64,000 nt of DNA. Origin: Trichosphaerium sp. ATCC 40318. Lineage: Eukaryota; Protista; Tubulinea. How positions within the stretch are numbered: position 1 is the first letter of the stretch; each line of letters opens with the position of its first letter. The DNA is taken from positions 1 to 64,000 of the forward strand of contig JALMLS010000596.1 in assembly GCA_038496445.1 (NCBI GenBank), read 5' to 3'. Of the stretch, positions 1-11,451 are shown one piece after another. The position numbers and the translations under genes were made by a program. The notes under the pieces were generated by a model. The model saw only the letters and a program-made list of their open reading frames with translations. It did no database searches and had not been told where the DNA came from.

Positions 1-1377
1 TATGAATGGCGTTATTGCTGATACATATCATAAGCAGCTTGTTTGTAGGCTTAGTTTCGATTGGTTCCTTCCTCAGTTTAATAGAAAAGAAGCTCTCTTT
101 TTACTGAAGAATGAAAAAAGAAGTACTTTTGTTGTTCATTGTAATCATGATATTGATGAAGATAAACACGAAACATTATTGACGCCATACACAGTCAACA
201 CTTTTGTGATTACAGTGTACAATTTAAAAAAATAATTAAAAAAAACAAAAGTATTCATCACGTCATACTAACACGTGTTTTAGGAATAATGGAGATCTTC
301 GAACAAACCATTATGTGGTAACATCAATGAGAGGTAAATAACGAAACAAAGAGTTTGAAGGCAAAGCCAAAAAAAACGATTGAAGTACAAACGTCTTCTT
401 TCTTATTTGAAGTGGAATTCTTCCTCTTCTTTCACTTCGTTTAAGTTTATTTTTTATTAGGTTCTTACAGTGTTGCTGGATATGTCACTAAGATACCTAC
501 ACTTGAGAAGGTGTTCGTAGCACTCAATAACGATCTTATTTACTTGTACGATAAACAGTGGCCTTCAGCAAGTTGGTTTCTTGGAACGATAACACAGGTA
601 TTTTTTCAAATGTTTTTTTAGCGTCAATTCAACATAACTAAAAGCTGTTGTAACCTAGGATCAAGCTATAGATATTTTAAAAGACGAAGATGATGGAACG
701 TACCTAGCAAGATTTGGTAGACGCGGAAATTATATAACAGTTGCTTACAGAGTCGAAGATGCAATACTTCAAGTATCATCAAAAGAAAAATATACAGCTC
801 AAGAAAATACATGACACCTCCTTTATCATACTTTGCTGATCACGTGATTTTCTAGACAGAGTTTTTCTTGACTTAATGGCTATTCAAAATGCAAATGGAT
901 ATAAACAGTGTACGCTATATTTAAAAGAGTCAAATCAAACGTTGAGTGTTAACAAAAAATCTAGATGAAAATATCAATAGTTTCGAGGAGTTAATCATCC
1001 AACGTAACCATCGATATGTTAAGCCTTATAACCCACCCGCTCCTAAAATATCACCTTCTATACTTCGACCAAGAAAAACACTAGCAAGGCATCCAAGTGA
1101 TAGTAGTAGCAGCTTTAGCAGTAGCTTCAGTAGCGCTGATGAGAGATCATCACTTTTTGCTGAAAATACAATCAAACGTGTCGTTTCGAATTCACATAGA
1201 AATCTTATTCCTAAGAAAACACAACGAACTGCAAAGTTCTCGCCAACCAAGAGGAGGAAATCAACACTTCGTAATACTGTTAATAACGTAATGAAGAAGA
1301 AAAGAAGCCAAGCAAAACTTAAACATAAGAAGCGTAAAAAGAAGAGCAGTGTAATCTCTGTGGAAGTAAAGGCTTGA
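1..1377 (+). CDS. SH2-domain protein (two SH2 domains visible, basic Lys-rich C-terminus); 5' end lies outside the window; multi-exon
   Basis: WFLPQFNRKEALFLLKNEKRSTFVV and WFLGTITQ/DQAIDILKDEDDGTYLARF match the SH2 N-terminal W..G.I.R..A..LL.....G.FLVR pattern; stop at 1375-1377. Confidence 0.7.
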
Positions 1378-2679
1378 AAGCCAAGCGACCACGTGGTAAA
1401 AAAACCTTGTAAATATATTCACAGAAGATAAAGTACTTGATCCACCTTTACAGGTCGGATATTTTTTTAGGTTGCTTTCTTTTTATATTCTTCATGTCAA
1501 ATTGCTTGAGCACTTGTTAAAATTCATCAAGTACAAAGGAATTACCTAAATATTACTTCTTTACTTCATCAGAGGCACTCCAACAAGTGTTGAATTGACG
1601 GCGCCTTATTGAGGGGAACTTTTGTTCGGACCAAAGAACACCTGTATGGATGAAATTAAATCAACGGCGACTACTATTTTGTTGATATCAATACTGGTTC
1701 TCTGCGCCAAGGAGCCATGGCAGCTTTAACTTCAACCCTTTTCCAATCACTCCTTAGAAACAGCCGCTTTAGCTGAACCAATCGAAGCGATAGCTTCAAT
1801 AGAACCAGTCTCTACGGTAGAGCCAGTGGAAGCTGTACAAACGCCAGTATTTGTTGATATACGCCCGCTGTAAGACCCTTGTCACAAATCTCTTAAACGT
1901 GTAAAACGTGATTGTCAAACAGTTTTTATTCATGTTGCGTTTATCTAAGAACCAGTACTTCATCGCCAAGCTGCATGTTATGTTTTTGAGTATGCCAATG
2001 CGTGATAAAGCTCCATACTAAAAGTTTGTTTACATCATTAAGTTGCAATAGCATTGCTAGCAATACAACCGTCACGAAATTGATTATGATAACACTTTAC
2101 CCTCACATAGTATATTGTTCACATAACGGTTTACTCAACCGACTATTATAAGACTGCCAATTTCGTCTTACTCTGTTCAATTATATTGTTTCGTTTGACT
2201 AATTAAATTGTTTCAAAAGAAAAAATGACTTTCAAAACCGACACGTTGTACACGTGACTAAAATTTGTCGGAAACCACTTTAAATAGTATCACATGATTG
2301 GAATAGATATTTGTAGTACATTTGATCTTAATAAACCTAACTCCCAAAAGGAAGTCAACGCTCTTCCAGTTGTAAACAATTTTGAATACGAGGTCAGAAC
2401 ATGAAAGCCACAGGCATATTCCTCTTTATATCTTGTTTTTTGGCCTATACACTCGCGCAAGAGAACAACGCTTATATCTCTATACGCTGAATAAGCCAAA
2501 CTCACTGTTATTAATTAAAAGCCTCCGGAATCATCTCCGCTGTTCTTTTATAGTGCTACTGTGCTGTTTCTAGCAGTGGCGAAAATGCAAAAAATATGCA
2601 TCCAAATGGGCATGGATGTTAGCCTTTTTTATAAAAATGCAAAAACATTTTAACTTAATCTCTCACGTAGAGGTGTCTT

Positions 2680-4460
2680 GCTACTTACCTGTCAAACTCA
2701 AAAACCCATTAAGAAATACTGACTACTCACTAAACTCAATAAAGAACGTGTAGACAGGTTAGCGTGCCCAAGAGTTGCTTTTGAATCTCTTGGAGAAAAT
2801 TAACTTTTTGGGGTATTGCCGTTTGGGTTTGGAAGCTTTGCTTTGAGTTAAGCCTCAATTGTAAGGTGCCTCTGCGGTTGCTTAAAAAAGGTAAAATAAA
2901 ACAATGTACACTTGCATATTGTAAAACGATGTGGTATATGCTGCTTCCATACGAGTTGCATTTATAATCCAAAATGAGATAATTCCTGGAATAGACTAAA
3001 GTAATGCTGTAGTATTATTGTTGGTTCTAAAGAGAGTCATGAATAGCAAGCACGTGCCTTATTTACTACTATTGGATTTGTCTGCCAAAGCACAGACTTG
3101 GCCATATTTGTTTGGAAGTAGAGAAGTAGAACTAGACACATCAACTTTAGTATCTCGTTAGTCTGTTACACCTAAAACTAAGTGTCAAATACAAGTAGTT
3201 AAAACCCAATTGATTATTTAGTGCAAAGCATACATGCGTATGTGCTCCTTCAAGTACCAGGCAGAGTTAACTTGTTTTCCACTTCAGATTGCACTCAAAT
3301 AGTGTAGCATGTCAAAGGTATCATAACATATCGCCACAACCAGTTGCAATCTGTTCTATTTCAACATGTTAGAGTTGGGGCTTACAATTGTCCATCTGAG
3401 ATTGAGATTACGGTTGGTTAACATGTACTTGTAGATGCCCTTTCCTTGCTGATAAACGATTGTTCTGAGTTTGTGTACTGGAGGACAACAAACATTAGTA
3501 CATAACAACAAGGTTGAGCAAGAGAGATAGGGGTGGGGATAATATACAGGGTAACTGTAACTAGCACGAAATAAGCAAAAAACCTAAAAATAAGTGGGCG
3601 TGCTAGTAGATTAGGGTTGGGGTTAATAACTGCCCGTAGGAATATGCCCTCATCTACCACTACATCATTTTCTTCTCCCTCCACCTTTTTCTTGCCTTCT
3701 TTCGTAGTCATAAGGCTGTCTTGTGGGTTTTGGGAAGTTGATTTACTACTGCTACCTCTGAGAAGCTCAAAGTACCGGTTCTTGTAATACGCTTGTGCTT
3801 AGGTTGTTTGCCTGTTCAGAAAATTGTTAGTGTTTGGTGTTTGTAGTCTCTACAGGGACGAAAATGAGCGCTAACCATAGCACTAGATTCATGTGATTGA
3901 TACTAAACGAAAACAAAATAGATTGACAACTAGATGGCACAGTACCTCTCCTAGACACTGTCAAGCTCTCCTTTCGCATATAACGATGTTTTTGGTACAA
4001 GGGTCCTCAAAATCAATACAATTCCATGTTAGAGCACTGCAATATGACGATATTTAAAAAAGACCCAAAAATAAAAACAACTTTTTTACCTTGTTGTTAC
4101 TTACCTTCTACTTCCTCTATTTCGGCTGAAACCTGTCTGTGCCTATTCAAAACATTCTCAAACACCTCTTGGGTTGCTTGATGCCCTTTTCAAATTCCAC
4201 TCGGCCTTTGTAGTCACTAGAAAGAAGAGTGAGTGAGATTTAATTTGATTAACGAGATGGTGTTATGTTGTTTACACTGGGTAAATACTAATGCTAGCAC
4301 TAGATTAATACTTACTTGACATTCTACATGTCAAAGAACAACTTCAACATTTGAAAATGTCAAGTGTTGTGCCAGGTGATGTCTGGATGGCAAGTCACAT
4401 TGTTCACAGAGAATACGAATGTACCAGAAACTTGAAAACAAAGAGGTGCTAATACAAATA
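2680..4460 (-). pseudogene. decayed multi-exon gene or transposon relic of unknown family
   Basis: Coding-like minus-strand blocks (e.g. QEVFENVLNRHRQVSAEIEEVE; YYKNRYFELLRGSSSKSTSQNPQDSLMTTKEGKKKVEG) bounded by GTAAGT donors but broken by in-frame stops. Confidence 0.3.
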
Positions 4461-4854
4461 GCAAGTATACCAGGCGTCAAAAATAGACAACACAGTTTAA
4501 CGACTGCAAACCCCAGTACACAGCATCTTAATCGCATATATGACCATTCAATCTAACAAGAACCCGTTTAATAGCATCTGCTACAAATTTATGTTCTGGT
4601 GCTTATGGAAAGCTTGAAGTAGATGTGTTACCTAGTTTACGCATAAGCGTGTTTGGCGTACTATTCCGCAGAATTATAATTCAACAGGTAGGCAGTTTAC
4701 CTTATTTAGCGTTTTCACTTCTGTATGTTTGTTTAATAGTGTTTCAGAGCTGCTTAGTCCCAAACCATAGCAAAAAATTCCCGTTTGACAAACTTAGAAC
4801 TGATAAAATATGGAACGTGCGAACCACAAACCGTTTTTTAATTCTCTATATATT

Positions 4855-7033
4855 ATGAGCTGTACTTACAGTTGGTGGTTCTACAGTATGTTGTAAGTTG
4901 GTTGACACTATTCGGAGCGTCAGAAATCCCCTTTTAGCTATTCAGCGCACAGAGATATTATTAGCGGGTCAACTAACACAGGGTTTGAAATACGATCGAT
5001 AGAGAATGACTCGCTCATACTACAATGTACGTTCAACTGAATATTATTCACAATAAAATTACTAGCGAACGCAATCTGCATTACCAACTTTAGACCTAAA
5101 CGTCTGTAGCATGCCACTCAAGCCTTCGCGCAGTTTCTTCAATGTCTTATTTACCATCGACTCAAACACTATTTGTAAGAGCACTTGGAGCTCTGGTACA
5201 AGTCGATCCATACACGTGTCTAGTAAAGGTACAATAATAAAAGGCCAGTACAAAAATATTACTTGTTTTACCACTTTTAGAATTCTTGTCCTTTGAGCAC
5301 TGAATTTCGAGATATTGCAGTTGATAAGACTACTCAAGTATTATATGGCATCACAGAACTAGGTTACATAGTCGAAATCGATCCCACAGATTGCTCCTTT
5401 TGTCATTTTTGTAAAGTGAACACAACGAATATTGGAATATCAAGTGGAAGTGCGCCTTTTGTGCTTTTTTTTTTCGTGACTGCGCGATCTCATTTACTGT
5501 CGTAGTTGCGATAATTGGAGATACTTTATATGTTAACGGAGTTAGTGGATTTGCCATATCGCCCTTAACAGGTCCTACGTCTTGTATCGCTACTGAAACA
5601 GTGGACTATCTTTCAACACAAAATTTCGCTGGAGGTACATTTTTTTGAGCATTAATATTCAATATCACGTTTCCCCAGTTTCATTTCGTAGACATCACTG
5701 CAGTATCAGATACTCAAATTATTGGTTATCTCGATGAGTTTTTTACTATGGACATTGGGACGTCAACGATAACTGAGTTTACAACATCATTACCTATCGA
5801 AAGGTGGTATTGATGCAATGTTCTTTGATGAAACATCGCCACCTCCAGTTGATACAACACCTCCTCCTGTTGCCTGTAACACCAAACCCCTTCCTACAGT
5901 AGCGCCTCAAGGTGGTATGATTGATACCCTTATTACATCTCAAGGAGACGGAATACCAGGATTCGACTATCGCTTGATATCAGAACCTAATACTATTTTT
6001 GGATGTACGCACACGTGCCAGATTATATTTTCCAACTAACAGTACAAGCATGTAACAATTCAGAACTGATAACAGATCCAGAGGCATTGGAGTATAGCTT
6101 TGTACTTGATAGGGTGCTGTACATACCTTTTAAAGGCCGAGAAATATTCATAATTGATCCCTACACTTGTCAAATAGTACATCACTCCTTTAACTTTATA
6201 GCTAATGGTAACTCCTACTTACGCTTTCGTTTGTAGGAGAAAAAATGCATCACTAGTGTTAGGATGTATGGATTGATGATAGACAAAGAGAGCGGAAGGA
6301 TATTCTCATATGGTGCTAGTCGCATTTTTGAACTTGATTTACAAAACTGTAAAGTTAGCACTATTTGTGCAACTGTGGGAACTGATCGTGCTGGCACGTG
6401 TTTTGAACAAAGTTTCACAAAGAAATGTGGTTTATTTTATTAAAACATTACTAGCAACAATAGCAGATGGTGTTCTCTACCTTGGCGGCAGTCGTGAAAT
6501 AGAAAATTATCCTGGTTTTCTAACTGGTTCATGTAGAACACAACGTTCAATTGAAGTAGCTTGTAGTGCAATTACCGGTATGTATATCTTTTATTGTAAG
6601 CAAACAGTTTGTGTTGTGACAGTTCCTTAGGTTTAACATCAATATCAACAAGTACTTTAATTGTATCTTGTTTTGATGAAGATATATTTTCTGTTGATGT
6701 CAATACAGATGATGTAAATTTACTGCCTATCAATGCACCACTAAGTCGTGGTATATCTGCATTCAAATTCAATCCTCCGCCTACAGTGTCACCAACCACT
6801 GACGCTCCAATACAGAAGCTCCAAGTATGGTAACAGAAGAACCAACCACAGAAACTCCAGCCGAATCTGGAACCACTGAATCACCTACCACTGAAGCGCC
6901 AACTGATGTACTGACTATTGCACCTACATCAACAGAGCCAGCGTCACCAAGCACTGACATAGGAAGCACTAGCAACATTCTTACTGCTCGTTTGTCATTG
7001 TTCATGCTTGTTTTATTCTTGGCATTTATGTAA
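4855..7033 (+). CDS. cell-surface protein: Cys-containing beta-rich repeats, Pro/Thr/Glu stalk, C-terminal hydrophobic (GPI-signal-like) tail
   Basis: Exons FRDIAVDKTTQVLYGITELGYIVEIDPTDC, YSFVLDRVLYIPFKGREIFIIDPYTC, stalk EEPTTETPAESGTTESPTTEAPT, tail LSLFMLVLFLAFM*; start uncertain; two single-base frameshifts (~5800, ~6810). Confidence 0.6.
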
Positions 7034-7504
7034 ACGTTGCCTTACAATATGACAAAAAAAACTCAGTACATCAAAATAAAAACAAAAAAAAACGCGTTGG
7101 TAAATCTGTTTATGAACACAGCCATTGGAACTAACAGCTCAAGAAACTACTGAACGCCTGTATTTGTTATTATTGGTAGAGGCCTTTTGTACACAAAGCT
7201 TGTAAAATCATAATTTTTATTTGTTTTTTTGGCCTGTTTTCCCTTTGGCCCTGAGGTACAGATTTAAGCGCTACGCAGTTTATGCGATTTCTTGCGTTCG
7301 TGAACTTCACCCTCGTGGTGTTAGTTCAATAAGCCAAGTACTAAATTCACCAAAAGAAATTCTGCCAGGGCGGCCCTGGAAGAAAGAAAACCGTTATTAA
7401 ACGCTCATAAAAACACTGTTTACGCTCAAATAACATCATGTCTGGCTTAATTATTACCATTTTCGTACGCTTTTATCATCTAGACACTTGGTTACCCACA
7501 GAAA

Positions 7505-9040
7505 ATGGCGTTACACGAATATGGCTATATTATGCTCTATGCGGCTCTTATTCTACTCATTGGCTTATGTAGTACTATTATTCCGTTCATTATTAAACAA
7601 CGGGGTCCTATGAATGATCCTAACGCTCTGTTGTGGTTCTTTCTATCCCTTACGTTCAAATTCTCTGCGGGCGTACTAATAAGCGCGGGTACAGTACATA
7701 TGGCAGGAGATAGCTTGTGTACGGTTTTAGAATTTTAGTTGTTTTTTATGACCATTTGGGTTGTCATTAGTTTTAGTGGTTTTTTTTGTACTAAGCAACG
7801 CCAATAGCCAGTTGGACAGAATACTCAAACTGCACGGGACCACATTTTTCAGGTATTTTTTTGATTGAAATTTTTTTTTCGCGATTTCTCGGTTACTGAC
7901 GTCACTCTTTTAGAACCTTCTTGTGATGATTTTATTTCTGTTGTAAACTTGGAGAATAACACTGTATACTTTTGTCCTGGTTCTTGCTCTTCGTACCCTT
8001 GGCAAGTCTTTTTCTTTTTTTTTCTTGAAAATTATTTGTATTTTACAAAACTGTTGAAGTGTTTTTTCTTTTGTTCACCGACATCCTCTTGTTTTAAAGG
8101 TCTAATATTTTACTGTAGGTGGCTGGTATTTATTGGAATCGGCATTATTGTTGTGGCAACTCTAGAAGCTTTGTCTTCTCACGAACATGCCGGTAAGTGA
8201 CTCAAAACAAAACACACAAGGAAGAGAAAAAGGATCTTCTTTTTCTTTTCGTTTTTGTTGTTGACGCGAGCTCTGTATTCTAATCTACAACTTTTCTAGA
8301 TTTCTTTGGTGGCTCTGATGAACTAAATAGCTTACTACGGTCACAGACAAGCACTCAGTATGATACTTTACTGACCGAAGAAAAACCAAAAAAGCGTAAA
8401 CACCCTCTTCTCGGCCACTCTTTTGTGTTACTATTGGCGCTTGTAGTACACTCAGTATTGGCTGGATTCTCTCTAGGGTCTTCACTAAGAGGTGAAGGAG
8501 AAGGTTGGGGGATTTTTGGGGCCATAGTGGCTCACAAGGTAAATCACAACAGAATCACAAAAAAAATTCTGATTCTTTTTTCTGAACGTCTTTTTAAGGG
8601 TTTCGCCGGCTATGCTCTTGGTGTGAGTCTAGTAACTTCTAAAATACCATTCTGGGTACGTAATACAAAAATAACTCCTAAGTAAAGTTAACCTGTATCT
8701 AGTATTGGGGAGCAATTATGAGTGCAGCATTCTCCGCAAGTACACCTTTAGGTATGCTCTTTTTTTTTTTTTCCTTCATTTTCTGTGTTGTTTGTGATTC
8801 GTGGTAGGTGTTATCCTTGGTGGTACTTTACTCACTTTATTGGATGGACCAGCAAGGTTACTAACAGATGCTATTCTTCTTGGACTTGCTTCTGGAACGT
8901 TCATTTATATTGGACTTGTTGAAATGTTTTTGGCGGATATTTTTGTTCAAATGAGACGTGGTATTTGGAGTGGCTTACTACATGGCTTTATGGCTTTAAT
9001 AGGGTTTATAACAATGTCCATACTTGCTTTATGGGTATGA
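7505..9040 (+). CDS. ZIP (Zrt/Irt-like) metal transporter
   Basis: FSAGVLISAGTVHMAGDS (TM2), ALVVHSVLAGFSLG (TM4), AHKGFAGYALG (TM5), STPLG, LASGTFIYIGLVEM (TM7), ALWV* end. Confidence 0.9.
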
Positions 9041-9843
9041 AATACCTTGTACTACGTATTAAGCAAGAAATAAAGAAGAAAGCTCATTCAAAACAACCCG
9101 ATCTCATTTTGCTGTTTTTTCCTCCTTTTTCCTTTTTTGAAGATGTATGTCTTTGGCTGTTGGGAATGTTGTTTGCAAAATAAAAGGCCAATGTTTTACA
9201 ACTGAATGATACGCGTGTGGCTACAGAGAATACGACAACAACAAAGTACACCTTAAGAAATGATATTATTACAAGAACGTTAAAACCTCCTCACTTGGAG
9301 TCAGTACAATTAATTTATCAAAGAACAATACATAGCTGCTGTAGAGGGCTTTATTGTGTTTTAGAAGCAAAAGAAACGTCAAAATTAAAATCCTAACGAA
9401 TCGATCGTTTTTGTACTGTTCAAATTGTGTATCACGTAATGCACATCTTTTGGATGTTTCCTGTGAGAGTGCACGCACTATTGTGCGTTACATGCAAATC
9501 AAAAGATTGACTGTGCAATTCACTCAAAACTCGTAAATGATAGATTTCAGTTCTGTCAGATTCATTGTAAAAGCTAAAACCCTTTTGCACTTCTTGTAAT
9601 GACGCTAAGAGGCTGTAATCATCAATTTAAAACCAATGAAGCTGGCGTGGCAAACATTTTTGGTACTTAGTGCGTTTAATGACTCAGTCTTACCTAGTTG
9701 AGTCGACTAACAAAAAAATCAAGTTGGACTCACAAAGATTTAACTGGCAAACCAAGTATCCTTTAGAAAAAAAAGAACCATTTAAACAACTCGCCTTTGG
9801 TATTTGCTACTGTTGTGGATGGATTTATTCAAATTGACAATGA

Positions 9844-10743
9844 TTATTCGATAGTGCTGGCAAACTCAAAGAAAGCTTCGTGTGCTTCTTTGTACACAGG
9901 ATCTTTCTTGACTTTTTGGAACAAAGCAGCAATCTTTTTAGGAAGAGCTTCCTTGTATCCAGTACCAATAGCTTGAGCGAGAGAAACACAAAGCGCATAA
10001 TCAGCCATGGATACAGAGTGTCCAACCAAGAAACCTGAGTTCTTGAAGTAGTTCTTCTCATAGAATTCTAACTAAACAAACGGTAAGAAAATAAACGGAA
10101 AACACAAAAAACAAGTTGAAAACACACCTCAGCTTGTAGTTTATCGGTGATCTCTTTCAGCTTTTTAGGACATGACTCTCTTGGATTTGGACCCTTTGAA
10201 ACAAAGTAATTCTCAACAGCGAACTTGTTGCAAGTGTTGAAGATATCACTACGAATAGATTCATACGCAGAGTCGATCTAAAAAAAACCCTTTAGTTGCC
10301 ACTTTACAAAACGTGATATTGCGTTTTCTGAATCATCATAAAAGTTTGTAAACTTACTGGTGCCAGTTCTACTGCATTGTTTATAGGGTAAACAGGTGAC
10401 GGATTCTGAATACTAAAATACCTATTTTTAGGTTAGGTTAGGATTAAAATTATTTTTGTAAAGAGAAAATCTGTTCTTGTATGTTACCTGAGAATAGCAC
10501 TTGAGTCGCGTACTACAACATCTCCTTCAGTTACAGATGGTACTTGGTGTTTTGGGTTTATTTTCAAATAAGCTTCTTGTCTATGCTCACCGTTGGCTAA
10601 ATCTACAGGCTAAGAGATGGTTAGATATCATTGTTCCTATCACAGCTTAGTACCTTGAGAGTTACGTCAGTGCCAGTGGCAAGAGCACCAATGTGAGCAA
10701 TACGACACGGAGCAGATAAGAAAAGGTAGTGGATAGTAGCCAT
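9844..10743 (-). CDS. glutathione S-transferase (theta/delta-like)
   Basis: Spliced: SAPCRIA...VDLANGEHRQEAYLKINPKHQVPSV..GDVVVRDSSAILRY and C-terminal FLVGHSVSMADYAL. Confidence 0.9.
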
Positions 10744-11451
10744 TGAGGTTATAGTTTGATATAATGATCCAGTCATGTCAGGTCAGGAAGACGGAACAGC
10801 TTCTTAAAAAGGTAAGTCTGCCGAGATTTTTGAAAAATGCCCGCGACGTAAGAATATATAAATATTCCTCGGTTTCTCTTAAATGTAAACCGATATTGAG
10901 GATAATAGTTTACTGCTATACCTTGTCTTCGGAGGACATTAAAATGATGGTGATCGAAAACCAAAGGTTTTGAAAAAAAAAATAAAAATAAAACAGTCAT
11001 TAAACTTTAAATGTGTAGCTTCAGTTCTCTATTATATATAATGAAGTATCTCATACCACTTCAATATGTATGATTTATTGCGTGTAGGCTTGACGGGCGT
11101 ACCCAATAATTGTATGGCTACAAAGTTATAAATAGAAAAACAGAACATAAAGGAGATATGGTGTACAGGGAACGCATGTGAAAGATCGCGGTATCAAGGA
11201 GAGATAATCAATTGAAAACAGTAATCCTGCGGAGCAATAATTGACGTGGATGTGTCATGAAGTCAGCCACGTGCATGTCTGTCGCGAAGTGGTACCAATT
11301 GATATCGGACTCCTATTTTATGTGCAATGTAAATAATTTACCACATGATACATAAGGAACAAACTACAAAAGGGTTATTTTGATTGACGTGACAATGTAA
11401 GTTTTATTGTTTGTTGTTTCGATTGTTTAATACTTATGCTTTCTTGTATAT

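Noticed and set aside
2745-2800. Minus-strand QEIQKQL(L)GHANLST resembling tyrosine recombinase box II
   Set aside because: Needs a frameshift, and there is no upstream HxxR or downstream catalytic Tyr; probably chance
3610-3627. ttagggttggggtta telomere-like tract (also ttaggttaggttagg at ~10427)
   Set aside because: Only 2-3 imperfect units; too short to call interstitial telomere
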